From contig CP009479.1 in NCBI GenBank assembly GCA_000965745.1, positions 256,001 to 320,000 of the forward strand: 64,000 nt of DNA, written 5' to 3'. Position numbers and translations under genes: made by a program. Position 1 is the first letter of the stretch, and every line of letters starts with the position of its first letter. Shown here one piece after another: positions 50,329 through 60,245 of the stretch. This stretch comes from an uncultured archaeon. Lineage in GTDB: Archaea > Thermoplasmatota > Thermoplasmata > Thermoplasmatales > Thermoplasmataceae. Under the pieces are notes generated by a model. That model did not search any database. It was not told the origin of the DNA and saw only the letters and a list, made by a program, of their open reading frames with translations.

Positions 50329-51332
50329 AGGCATATTATGAGAAAGACGGAGATTTGAGCACACTTGACGGTAGACAGGTATCCGTCATTGGCTATGGAA
50401 TACAGGGAAGGGCCCAGGCCCTCAACTTGAGGGATTCCGGTGTGAATGTGGAAGTTGGCCTGAGGAAAGGCGGAGCCAGCTGGAAAAAGGCTGAAGAGGA
50501 CGGTTTCAAGCCCCTGACAGTATCGGAAGCCGCAGAATTAGGCGATGTTGTCATGGTACTGATACCCGATGAGGTACAGGCCGTTGTCTACGCGTCAGAG
50601 ATCGCCCCCGGGCTGAAAAAGGGAAACACGCTTGAGTTTGCCCACGGGTTCAACGTTCATTTCAGCAAGATCGTGCCGCCCGACGGCGTGGATGTTGTCA
50701 TGGTGGCGCCGAAGGGGCCCGGACAGATGGTCAGGCGGACGTACCTCGAAGGGTTCGGCACGCCAAGCCTTGCAGCAGTGGAAAAGGACCATTCCGGCAA
50801 AGCCTGGGAAACCGCAATGGCACTTGCAAAGGGGATAGGGGCAACCAGGGCAGGCGTTATAAAGACCACCTTCAGGGAGGAAACTGAAACGGATAACTTC
50901 GGAGAACAGGTCGTCCTCTGCGGTGGAGTCTCAGAACTGATAAGGAAATCGTTCAACTATCTCACATCCGAGGGGTACCAGCCTGAGATCGTGTATTTCG
51001 AGGTTCTGCATGAGCTGAAGCTAATCGTGGACCTGATCCAGGCAGGAGGACTTGAGAATATGTGGAACAATGTCAGCAACACTGCAGAATATGGCGGGAG
51101 AACAAGAGGTCCTGTTGTTGTCGACAGCGGAACAGAGGAGAAGATGAAGAAGATCCTCGCCGACATAAGAAGCGGCGCTTTCGCAGAGGAGTGGATGTCC
51201 GAGGTCGCAAAAGGGGTTCCAAACCTCGACGGCATGAGGAAAAAGGGCTCTGATGAAACCATTGAGAAAGTGGGAAAGGAGCTCAGGAGCATGTTCGTCA
51301 AGGGCGAGGAAGCTACTTCTGCAGCGAGATAA
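50322..51332 (+). CDS. ilvC: Ketol-acid reductoisomerase
   Basis: [35 protein letters not shown]. Confidence 0.97.
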   Translation: MVKAYYEKDGDLSTLDGRQVSVIGYGIQGRAQALNLRDSGVNVEVGLRKGGASWKKAEEDGFKPLTVSEAAELGDVVMVLIPDEVQAVVYASEIAPGLKKGNTLEFAHGFNVHFSKIVPPDGVDVVMVAPKGPGQMVRRTYLEGFGTPSLAAVEKDHSGKAWETAMALAKGIGATRAGVIKTTFREETETDNFGEQVVLCGGVSELIRKSFNYLTSEGYQPEIVYFEVLHELKLIVDLIQAGGLENMWNNVSNTAEYGGRTRGPVVVDSGTEEKMKKILADIRSGAFAEEWMSEVAKGVPNLDGMRKKGSDETIEKVGKELRSMFVKGEEATSAAR

Positions 51333-51408
51333 GCTTCAGGAGGCCTCCAACCCATTTTTTCCAGCGGTTCAACAATAACTGTGCATTTTTCGGATGACCA
51401 GAGCAGGG

Positions 51409-52497
51409 TCAAGCCTTCTCGAAAAGGAAGATGTATTCATGCTTGAAGACGTAAAAACCCCCCGCAAGGGCCCTGTACCTCCACAGCTCCTTCTGGGACT
51501 GCTTGCCCTTTGTCTGGTCAAAGTTTTTGACTATTATGGATTTCAGCCTGAATCCCGCTTCCAGAACTTTTTCCATGGACCTGAAGCCCAGCGGTACCCA
51601 TTCTCCTTTTGAGTACTTGTCCCCTATGATTAGGGCGAGATGCCTCCTGTCCTCCAAGACGGAATGAGCTTTTTCAGCACATGCGGATATGCCATTTAGA
51701 AATACATCAAGCGAGGATGCGTTGGACAGGTCTTCTTCATCCCCGCTGAACTTTATTATGTCCCAGTAGGGAGGGTGCATCAGTACCAGCTGGACAGATT
51801 CGATGCCGAGCTTTCCCAGTTCACTGGAATAATCTGCAGAAGTGCTGTCTGCCCTCACTGCTTCAACCCTTGTGCCATACCGGTCCTCTTCCTTTGAGAG
51901 GTTCTCCCTGGCGAGATCCAGCGCTTCCCGGGAAAGGTCAAATCCTACGCCATTCCTTCCCTGCCTCCTGCACTCAATAAGCGTGGTTCCGCTTCCCACA
52001 AACAGGTCAAGTACACAGTCGCCCTTCCTGGTGAACCTCTTCAGCAGCTGGTAAGGGATCTGGGGGATGAAGTTTCCCCAGTAGCCCGCGTTGTGGGCAC
52101 CTGTGCTGTCCCGCTTATCAAGGTACCACAGGCTGTCTGTGTACACATCCTCATACTCCTTCCACCTGTTGAGGTTGATGTCGTTGACCCTGCCCGGCTT
52201 CTCCTCGATCAACCCCCTGACGAGCCTGTTGATATAGTATTCAGCCCTTTCCATTTCCCTCGCTTCAAGGATCTGGTCGAGCTCGGACATGATTCCCTTA
52301 CGCTGGAGTTCCGTGAAAAAAGAGCTTCCGGGATTTGTATTTTCGAGTGTTCTCCGTATCTCAGATGCCTCTGTGCGCACGTCTTCCAGCCCCTCGAGGC
52401 CAAGCAGATGCCTGAGGCGGTTTATCAGGCCCTCTGCCGAGGTAAATGAAACCAAGTTGCCCACATCTGTGGAATCGCCGGAACTGCTGCGCCTCAT
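51409..52497 (-). CDS. Orphan amino-type (N4-C/N6-A) DNA methyltransferase
   Basis: DLFVGSGTT (motif I), HPPY (motif IV); no adjacent endonuclease. Confidence 0.85.
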   Translation of the reverse strand: MRRSSSGDSTDVGNLVSFTSAEGLINRLRHLLGLEGLEDVRTEASEIRRTLENTNPGSSFFTELQRKGIMSELDQILEAREMERAEYYINRLVRGLIEEKPGRVNDINLNRWKEYEDVYTDSLWYLDKRDSTGAHNAGYWGNFIPQIPYQLLKRFTRKGDCVLDLFVGSGTTLIECRRQGRNGVGFDLSREALDLARENLSKEEDRYGTRVEAVRADSTSADYSSELGKLGIESVQLVLMHPPYWDIIKFSGDEEDLSNASSLDVFLNGISACAEKAHSVLEDRRHLALIIGDKYSKGEWVPLGFRSMEKVLEAGFRLKSIIVKNFDQTKGKQSQKELWRYRALAGGFYVFKHEYIFLFEKA

Positions 52498-52674
52498 ATT
52501 CGACCCTGGATAAGGGAATGAATGATTCATCTTAAAAGTGTCATCCCGCGCATGAACACACATCCGGAAAATGGAGATCTGCCCTGGGAGATGTTGAGGA
52601 GGGCAAAACATTGCATCTGCCTCATTTTCCCGTACAGGCAGAAACTTGATAGGGTGCCTCGTTTAGCCCCGTTG

Positions 52675-53097
52675 ATGATATACAACCAGGAGTCTGATAT
52701 CCGGCTCATGTGCCTGAAATCACCCAGGGGGCCTGAAACTGCTGCAGAAACCATGGGAAAGCTTGAAAGTGCACTTTCATCACTGAAAGGCAGAAGGTTT
52801 TACGGCCTTTTCAGGGAACATGAAGGCGGTGAAACTTACCTGGCATGCACGAGAATTGAGCCGGGAGACAATCCTGAGGCCCTTGGGTTAATGAGAGTGG
52901 AAATACCTGAGGGAAAGTATGACCGCGAAAAGCTTCCAGGCTGGGAGGAAAAATGGGATGGCACCAGCATAGAGGGTTTGCCTGAGCTCTTCGGGAGAAT
53001 GTTTGAAAGGAATGCCGGAACCGTTGATGCTGAAAGATTCTGCGTGGAGTATTACAGGAGCCGAAAAGAGCTGATTCTCATGCTGCCGTTGAAGTAG
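52675..53097 (+). CDS. GyrI-like small-molecule-binding protein
   Basis: FYG...YLAC...EIPEGKY...VEYY pattern. Confidence 0.65.
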   Translation: MIYNQESDIRLMCLKSPRGPETAAETMGKLESALSSLKGRRFYGLFREHEGGETYLACTRIEPGDNPEALGLMRVEIPEGKYDREKLPGWEEKWDGTSIEGLPELFGRMFERNAGTVDAERFCVEYYRSRKELILMLPLK

Positions 53098-53145
53098 GCG
53101 CGTGATATCTGCCCAACCCCATATGAGGAGATTTCGGGACGCTCT

Positions 53146-53670
53146 CTAAAGTTCAAGGCCCATGAATATCTCGTCCACCAGGGTCCCATTTATGAGGGCG
53201 TTGTTCTTGAGGCTCCCCTCGACCTGGAAGCCTTTCTTGATGTAGAGGCCAATTGCGCCAGTGTTTGAAGAGAATACCCCGAGATGGATCTTGCTTATGC
53301 TTCTTGCTCTGCCCCATTCCATGGCATAATCGATAAGCGAGTTTCCAGCATTGAGCCCCCGGAATTCCTTAAGAATCCACATCCCAAGCGTCCTGACATG
53401 GCTGCTCTTGGGGGACCGGGAGTAAGGAGTCAGCACCAGCCCGCCTATTATCCTGCCGCCAACAGCCCCTATGGCAAAAAGGCTATCCTTTCCGTTTTCT
53501 TTCCAGCGTTCGCCCCATATTCCAGCTGTCTCATGAGGGACCTCTTCTGTATCGAGGTAAACTCTCTCAGATGCAACCTGCCTGAAGGTCTCCGCTGCCT
53601 CTCCCATGTCTGATTCTTCCGCTAGCCTGATTTCAAGCTCCCTTCCATCGCTAAGAAGATAATCGTTCAT
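53146..53670 (-). CDS. GNAT N-acetyltransferase
   Basis: ILKEFRGLNAG, NTGAIGLYIKKGF. Confidence 0.9.
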   Translation of the reverse strand: MNDYLLSDGRELEIRLAEESDMGEAAETFRQVASERVYLDTEEVPHETAGIWGERWKENGKDSLFAIGAVGGRIIGGLVLTPYSRSPKSSHVRTLGMWILKEFRGLNAGNSLIDYAMEWGRARSISKIHLGVFSSNTGAIGLYIKKGFQVEGSLKNNALINGTLVDEIFMGLEL

Positions 53671-53744
53671 TGTTCACGACCCCGGAATACTCCAGAAACT
53701 GGTGTGGATGAATATTTTGGGCAGAGTGGAAAAAAATGAGAAAA

Positions 53745-54389
53745 TCAGCTGCGGGCCGCTGCGTTTTCCACACTGATGGGAATTCTCCTTCTGTTCAGCT
53801 GTGACAGAAACTGCCTGAGTGAGAACATCTGGTCGAAATCAAGAGTTACGTTGCTCTCTGATTTGTCCATCGAGAGTGTGACCATCTGTATTCCCCTCTG
53901 GGGAATCCTGACTACAGCGTTGCTTATCTCATTGTAATGAAACTGGAGATAATTCCCGTTGTGCGGGACATTGAATCCGTTGGGGTTGAATTTTACCGGG
54001 AAGAATATTCTTCTGGCGATCTGAGGAGCTATGAACATCAGGAGCAGAACTGGCAGGAAGTAATACGGAGATATCGCGAGGAATTCTATTGATACGATGT
54101 AAACACCAAGAAATACAGCGTATATAATCATAGGGAAAAACCTGTAAAGGCTCCCTTTGGTCTGAATGTTTATGGTATCCCCGGCTGCAACGTTTGGTGC
54201 GGTCCTGACCGGTTCGGCCTCAGAAACTTCCTCTTTCTGGATGACCGTTTCCTGAGTGACCGGCTCCTGAGGGGTGGATCGCGTGTTTCCGCTAACAGTG
54301 CCCTCGCCCAAATAATTGCCGCATTCACCGCAGATCATGTCTGTTGACTTTACTTTGTGCCCGCAATTGGAGCACGTGATTTTGGCCAT
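53745..54389 (-). CDS. Zinc-ribbon membrane protein with PH-like C-terminus
   Basis: CSNCG...CGECG, two TM helices. Confidence 0.75.
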   Translation of the reverse strand: MAKITCSNCGHKVKSTDMICGECGNYLGEGTVSGNTRSTPQEPVTQETVIQKEEVSEAEPVRTAPNVAAGDTINIQTKGSLYRFFPMIIYAVFLGVYIVSIEFLAISPYYFLPVLLLMFIAPQIARRIFFPVKFNPNGFNVPHNGNYLQFHYNEISNAVVRIPQRGIQMVTLSMDKSESNVTLDFDQMFSLRQFLSQLNRRRIPISVENAAARS

Positions 54390-55027
54390 GGGAATCAATG
54401 TAGTTCTGATATTTATACTTTGTAGTCTCAATACACTGCGGCTCGGGAAGAGATTTCTGACCTGTCAAGGTTTGCAAGCAGAAATAAACATCGGGTTGTG
54501 CTGAAAGCAGGATGAAACCTGTAAGGCGGTAATCCCTTCCCATGGAGTGGCCCAGCGGGCGGTAGGTTACTGTTTCTTATCTGACCATGCCTCCGCAAAC
54601 AGGACACTCTTCTTGGGTACTGGCCAGAATGAGGCCGACACTGTTCTCCAGACATGCCGTGAATTTTCCTGCACGGAAACCAGGGGCAGGCCTCTCTTTG
54701 AGTGCTGTCTCCCCCGGCAGTCATATTTCCCCTACGCCCGTACCTCTCCCGGATCGTGTGGCCTTATCTGTTCGTGACTGCAAAGAAAACCCCAATGAAG
54801 CGGATTATAACATACAAACCGTGGAATATCCTGCCCTTCACCTGTAACACCTGGCCCGTCTCCTTTCCTGAAGACTGCAGTTAGTTCATGACTTAAATTG
54901 CAAGACATTTTGGTAAACACTGTGATGGGCTTTCAAGGCAGGAAAAAGCGTTTTCAAGGGCCCGGCATAAGATTTACTGCCAACTTTTTTTAGCCAAATT
55001 GGCATCATGCAGCCGAGGGGAGGTATA

Positions 55028-55252
55028 ATGGAGATCGAAGATTTTCTGGAGTCAATCTCGGAATCAGAATATGTGTATTATGACCCAGATACCGGCCTGT
55101 TCTTCAGCTGGAACGGTTTGCAGGTCGTGACGGTGTGGACGACGGATGAGGACGACTACGAGAACATCGATATGTTCACGATCGAGTCGGGGCATGACAC
55201 TGATTTTGTTCAGGAGAAAATTGACGGATACCTGGAATCAATTGAAGAATGA
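55028..55252 (+). CDS. Small very acidic protein
   Basis: GGAGGT RBS; 74 aa, D/E-rich. Confidence 0.7.
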   Translation: MEIEDFLESISESEYVYYDPDTGLFFSWNGLQVVTVWTTDEDDYENIDMFTIESGHDTDFVQEKIDGYLESIEE

Positions 55253-55401
55253 ACAGGATGTTTGTAATCCTTTTGTGGCGGATCGAAAATGTTCAACTGC
55301 GGAATCTTAATGACATACGGGGAGAAGATGGCCCCCAATGTTGCATCAATCCATGCAGGAATTATGGAGATTGAATAAACCTGAAGATATGGACTCTTAA
55401 T

Positions 55402-56925
55402 CCTTAACTCTTTAGTTTTTACGTAACATGTTGAGGCTCACTCCAAGATCCGTCACCAGCTCTCTCGCCTTCTTCGGTATCTCTCCCATGATTTCCCCTC
55501 CCTCCAGGGCGTATATCTTGATCCTTGACAGGATCAGGAGAATGTCTCTCACGCTGTATTTCCCATCGGTCCTGTTGAGTATCTGGAAGTGAATGTTCAG
55601 TGCGAGAAGGTTGAGGAAGAGATAGGAAAAGAGCATGTGATCGTCCCCGAGATATGACCGATCCGCCTCCAGATCATTCTTGAACACATTGAATGCGTAT
55701 TCAACATACTCTCGCTGCTTGTACAGCCTGTATATCCTCTCCGGGCTCTCTTTGAGGTCGGAGAGAAGATGCACCTTCCCGAATACTTGTGAACCCTCCA
55801 GGAATTGCTTCCGGCTTCTCTTTCCCTGCATGACCCTCTCGAGATAGTCCTTCTCCTCCTCCATCCTCAGTACCGGATCCTCGAATGCATACACTCCACT
55901 CACTGGATTCCAGTATTTCACAGGCCTGCCATCATAATCGAAAACGCCGGTGAACTCACTCGAAGCAGGGATCAGCGATGAGTTCCTCTTCAGCGGAATT
56001 ATGTAGTCAAGATGCAGTTTCCTGAGCTTCTTTATGTTATCAGCCGAGTAAAATCCCTTGTCCGCTATGATCACGCACCGCTCAACCCCGGCCATGATCA
56101 TGGTAGCCTTCATCGTGGAAACATCCCTGATCGAGCCCGGAATGATCCGTATGAATGTTGGCTCTCTCCTCGTGGATGAAAACAGCATCATCAGGTTGAT
56201 CTGTGGCAGATGTGTTCCATGGGAGTTGTGGCCCATCTCCAGAATCGGTATGCTGGAGGATCTGGAGAATATTGCCGTGCTGTCGATGAGTATGTATTCC
56301 CCTCTTGCGCACAGTGATCGCATGACCTCAATCATGCTTTCCTCCGGAAGGGATGAAAGCATTCCAGAGATCGATTTTGCAGTCATGCCTTCATTGAAGA
56401 CCTTGGATAACCATGTCTTCTCGAAGAGATATCGTACCGACTTCATGGGGAGAGGTTGTATCTCCCTGAGAAGCACGTAGATCATGATCCTCTCATGCAG
56501 GTAAGGAAATACCTGCCTCAGCATGGGGAGGATGCTCTTCTCGGCGATTCCGTAGAGAAGGGCAATGTTCCCGTATTCGTAGTCTCCCCTTATCCCCGAT
56601 ATCGCCTGCTTCTTCACGATGCCCCGGGGAGTGACGACTCCAAGGTACTCCGGTGGAAGCGATACTGTCTTCTTCCTTACCCTGTCCCACTTCGTTCTGG
56701 GCCTGTATGCGTAATAATTGTTGCCAAAGTTCCTGATCTGGATCCTGGGTCCCTTGTATTTCTGCACCCAGTCAGGTAATTCATCCATGATACGTACATA
56801 TACATAACATGCATATAAGAATTCCGCGAGGGAAGCATATTCAGAAAGAACTCGAAAAGGCCGACAGATAAAACGAAGTCACGCGATAGGGAACAAACTG
56901 TTATGTAAAACTGGAAGAGTTAAGG
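55402..56925 (-). mobile_element. IS1634-like insertion sequence (1524 bp)
   Basis: TIRs CCTTAACTCTTTAGTTTTTACGTAACA / CCTTAACTCTTCCAGTTTTACATAACA; 6-bp target duplication CTTAAT at 55396-55401 and 56926-56931. Confidence 0.92.
55412..56788 (-). CDS. DDE transposase (IS1634/IS4-like)
   Basis: LIDST, IADKGFYS, YKQREYVEYAFNVFK; stop codon lies inside the TIR. Confidence 0.93.
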   Translation of the reverse strand: MDELPDWVQKYKGPRIQIRNFGNNYYAYRPRTKWDRVRKKTVSLPPEYLGVVTPRGIVKKQAISGIRGDYEYGNIALLYGIAEKSILPMLRQVFPYLHERIMIYVLLREIQPLPMKSVRYLFEKTWLSKVFNEGMTAKSISGMLSSLPEESMIEVMRSLCARGEYILIDSTAIFSRSSSIPILEMGHNSHGTHLPQINLMMLFSSTRREPTFIRIIPGSIRDVSTMKATMIMAGVERCVIIADKGFYSADNIKKLRKLHLDYIIPLKRNSSLIPASSEFTGVFDYDGRPVKYWNPVSGVYAFEDPVLRMEEEKDYLERVMQGKRSRKQFLEGSQVFGKVHLLSDLKESPERIYRLYKQREYVEYAFNVFKNDLEADRSYLGDDHMLFSYLFLNLLALNIHFQILNRTDGKYSVRDILLILSRIKIYALEGGEIMGEIPKKARELVTDLGVSLNMLRKN

Positions 56926-57307
56926 CTTAATCCATAGGTCGGGGGTTCGAACCACCTCGGACCCGCCATATCTCTGTTTATTTCTGTGAGCATTTTCATT
57001 ATTGGATTTTTATTGAATATGAGAAAGTAGTCCATCTTTCAGTTTTGAATGTGGGAGAAACTTGGATTAGGCCAACTTGAAAGAAATTGCGATAATAATT
57101 TTAAATAAAATTGAATAAAGTGATGCGTCCAATTTATAAGGAGACTTCGTGATAGTTTGTCCACATCCTGTAAATCGTTCCCATTAAAAGTAGTTCCAAG
57201 TATCATTGCTTAATATGACAATAACCCAAGCTTTAAGGTGTCAAAAAACCCCATCAGGTTTACCTGCTTATTCGCAAAGTGAAATTAAAATATGTACAAC
57301 ACTATAT

Positions 57308-58009
57308 GTGATAGTGGAAAAACCAACTCAGGATGACCAACAGAAGAAGAAAGAAATCATAGTATTAGATCCGTCTGCCCTTCAATACTTGATTGACATT
57401 AGTCTGACTTTGCAGGATGGTTATGAGGTATTTCTACCGGATGAGTTGTATGAGGACTTGGATGAACAGAAAAGATTTTTCTTGATTAAGTTGTTAAACT
57501 ATTGGAACGGCTATAAGTTGTCAGATAAAAGAATCGACAAACTAATATCAGACATTAGAGGTGGGAAAAGAATTCATAAATTTTCAGAATTGGAGTTTGA
57601 ATATAATGATGAGGGAGACCTAACCCTTGAAGAACTTATCAAAAGCAGAAAGGGCCCCCGCGATAGGGAACTAAGATATTGGATTTTTAAAATCATTTCC
57701 AAAACTATAGCGTTTGCTAAGAAATTTCAAGCCTCTATCGTTTCAATGTCTAACAAATTGTTCGACTTACTTTCATCCACATCTATGAATATCTTAAACC
57801 TTTCAAAGGGGTATGTGAAATCTCTGAAAGAATTGCCAGTACTTGTCAGACTGTTGAAGGATAACAAATGGATCAAGAAGAGTAAAAAATACATATCATA
57901 CATAATTGATATGATATCTGGCATAATCGGAGCTTCTAGTATACATCCCATTCTGGGTGGGGCACTTGGAGTAACTGTCCCGAATGTTTTACTCGTGATG
58001 GACCCTTGA
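57308..58009 (+). CDS. PIN-like protein with C-terminal hydrophobic hairpin
   Basis: IIVLDPSAL and VFLPDELYEDL resemble PIN strands 1 and 2; tail IIDMISGIIGASSIHPILGGALGVTVPNVLLVMDP. Start uncertain. Confidence 0.55.
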   Translation: MIVEKPTQDDQQKKKEIIVLDPSALQYLIDISLTLQDGYEVFLPDELYEDLDEQKRFFLIKLLNYWNGYKLSDKRIDKLISDIRGGKRIHKFSELEFEYNDEGDLTLEELIKSRKGPRDRELRYWIFKIISKTIAFAKKFQASIVSMSNKLFDLLSSTSMNILNLSKGYVKSLKELPVLVRLLKDNKWIKKSKKYISYIIDMISGIIGASSIHPILGGALGVTVPNVLLVMDP

Positions 58010-58131
58010 ATTTATTAAGTTGCTGGCACATCGAGGCCAGGGGTTTAAAGCTTAATCAAACGAAATTCAGCATAATTTATTTATACCGTTGAGTAAATGT
58101 TTCATTAAGTAGGAGTTTACCAAGATTTAGA

Positions 58132-58788
58132 ATGAACAGTGGATTCAGATATAAGAAGAACAGTGGATTTCATTACAGGCCTTACAAAAGGCCCAAAAGA
58201 AATAGGCGTCATGGTACTGTAACATGCTGCTGGTGCCACCAGCCCTTGTCAGACCCCTTAGCAAGGAGTAGGAGGATGGGATCAGATTGTTTTGCAAAAC
58301 ACAACGGTAGGTGCCCACCAGTGAGTTCTACATTTGGTGAGGTTTATTCACATAATCCTTTCGAAGATTCTGGTCTGGAACATCTCTACAGGGTTAGAAA
58401 ATCCCTTAAATTTCTATTTACGACAAAACTTGGTAGGTCTTTACTGTCAAATGCCATAGTTCATGCTTTGTCTCCTATACCAGGCATGGCTCCAGTTGTA
58501 GTAGCATATGATGTCTACAAGGCGTATAAATACGCAAAAATGGGGCATGAAGTCTATACCGCTGTTGAGCGTTGGAGGCAGCACGACAAAAAAGATTTGC
58601 TTAAGACGGAGGGAAACCTCCAAAAGGAAAGCGTTGATGACATAATGGAGAGAACACAAAGTTCAATAATGGATATGGCAACGGTAAATAGAATGGACGC
58701 AAGTTCTTATTCTGATATGATGAGAGGGACACTTTCGGAATCAGCAAGGCATGGATTTGATGAGTTTGCAGGGTTTGTATTGTCATAG
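58132..58788 (+). CDS. Zinc-finger protein (DUF6011-like)
   Basis: CCWCHQPLSDPLARSRRMGSDC fits CxxC..LxDP....GxxC; basic N-terminus; AGGAG upstream. Confidence 0.65.
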   Translation: MNSGFRYKKNSGFHYRPYKRPKRNRRHGTVTCCWCHQPLSDPLARSRRMGSDCFAKHNGRCPPVSSTFGEVYSHNPFEDSGLEHLYRVRKSLKFLFTTKLGRSLLSNAIVHALSPIPGMAPVVVAYDVYKAYKYAKMGHEVYTAVERWRQHDKKDLLKTEGNLQKESVDDIMERTQSSIMDMATVNRMDASSYSDMMRGTLSESARHGFDEFAGFVLS

Positions 58789-58802
58789 GTGGGAATATAT
58801 AT

Positions 58803-59084
58803 ATGAGTAAAGAATCTGAAATAATAGGGGTAATCTCTGCGAGGAAATACGCACTTTTCGAAACGATCAAAACAGAGCTTTTGGGAAAAAGTGAATTGCA
58901 GGGGTATGACAAAGAAGAGCTTCAAGCAAAATTAAGAGACGCGATATCTACCCTTCCCAATATGATGTTTCTTAGCGAAGAGGAAAAGGAGACTAATAAA
59001 ATAAGACAAGAACTAAAACTTGAACAAATTGGAATTGCCGAGAAAGAAGTTTTTGAGAGGATCAGTAAATACTTGTCGAGTTAG
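58803..59084 (+). CDS. Small helical hypothetical protein
   Basis: AGGTGG RBS, 14 nt after the previous stop. Confidence 0.7.
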   Translation: MSKESEIIGVISARKYALFETIKTELLGKSELQGYDKEELQAKLRDAISTLPNMMFLSEEEKETNKIRQELKLEQIGIAEKEVFERISKYLSS

Positions 59085-59252
59085 ATTCCCTTCTTAAAAA
59101 GTCTCTTTTAAATTTTACTTTGTATTAGTCCATTTTGGCAAACGATAGATTTTTTGGGCATTTAATGGCCTTTTGCCATCATGCCGCATTGTAAGTGATG
59201 GGGGAGTGGAAGATTAGCGGAACCACGTTGACTTTGTAATGACAAAATCAAT

Positions 59253-60245
59253 CTATTTAAACAACAGATCCAGTATATATGGGGACGGCCCCAAAAGATA
59301 TTGATCCTCCTGGATCTTTCCTAAGTTCATCCCAATCCGAAAGGTTGGTCTTGGAGGGCTATTCTCTAGCGTTTCTATCACACGTTTTACTCTCTTATCT
59401 TCTTCTGAATATCCCACTACGAATACAGAGAAAAATTCCTCATTTATTCCTTGTTCAGACATATATTTTTCAAAATATTTGAACACGTAACCGTCTTCAT
59501 CGGGGAATACCCAACCTAGATTGCCTACTACATTATTTTCATCAAATTCCTCAACATCTCCATGAAATTTCCAAAGATTTCCCCTTGAAGCTACATGAAT
59601 ATTTTTGTTCACTTTTTTAAACTCTTTTGGAAGTCCCCTAATGGCTTTTTCTAATAGGTCGTCCCAATTGAGACTTATTATCTCCTTAATCTTGTTGGGA
59701 AAGTTTTCTGCAATTAACTGATGAGATATGCCGGGAGATTTTTTATCAAGCATTTCTCTAAAAACCTTCTTGAATTTGTAGCATTTTTTAGGGTCGTTTC
59801 GTAGGTCTACATAATCGATAGCTCCACAAAAACGTAATATATCTTTCAACTCATTAGAAAGAGGCATTCCACTTTCAAAAGAAAGTCCAGCACCTGCAAT
59901 GAAGATAGCTCCTTCAACATCGATCTTTTGTTTTGCAGCGCTCATCTTTGTATGCTGACCCAATATAGCTTGAAGAAACGTTCGAGAATACTCTTCAACT
60001 GTCTTAAGTTGTAATGAAGGGTTTAGTTTTCCAATTGTTTTGTCCTCTTCCGAGTACTTCTCCTTCACTTGGTCAAAAATTCTATGCAATATTGGCTCTA
60101 GATTCTCAAGGTTTTCTCTTATATTCGTCAGATAATTCTTCAAGAAACGCACAGTAGAACCTCGCAGAGCCTCAATTGAGGCATCACTTGTGCCAAAACT
60201 CATTAAAATCGCCATGGACCCCCAATAGTCTCTTCGAGTATTCAT
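59253..60245 (-). CDS. SIR2-like (NADase-type) domain protein
   Basis: IFIAGAGLSFESGMP, ISLNWDDLLE, WKFHGDV, VVGYSEED. Confidence 0.88.
   Translation of the reverse strand: MNTRRDYWGSMAILMSFGTSDASIEALRGSTVRFLKNYLTNIRENLENLEPILHRIFDQVKEKYSEEDKTIGKLNPSLQLKTVEEYSRTFLQAILGQHTKMSAAKQKIDVEGAIFIAGAGLSFESGMPLSNELKDILRFCGAIDYVDLRNDPKKCYKFKKVFREMLDKKSPGISHQLIAENFPNKIKEIISLNWDDLLEKAIRGLPKEFKKVNKNIHVASRGNLWKFHGDVEEFDENNVVGNLGWVFPDEDGYVFKYFEKYMSEQGINEEFFSVFVVGYSEEDKRVKRVIETLENSPPRPTFRIGMNLGKIQEDQYLLGPSPYILDLLFK

Larger units (their letters stand above)
55388..56968 (+). pseudogene. tRNA-Lys(CUU) 3' part (att-like remnant) split by an IS
   Basis: Removing the IS and one CTTAAT gives T ATGGA CTCTTAA TCCAT AGGTC GGGGG TTCGAAC CACCT CGGACCC G CCA. 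No D-arm or 5' acceptor strand upstream; T-stem mismatch. Confidence 0.8.
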
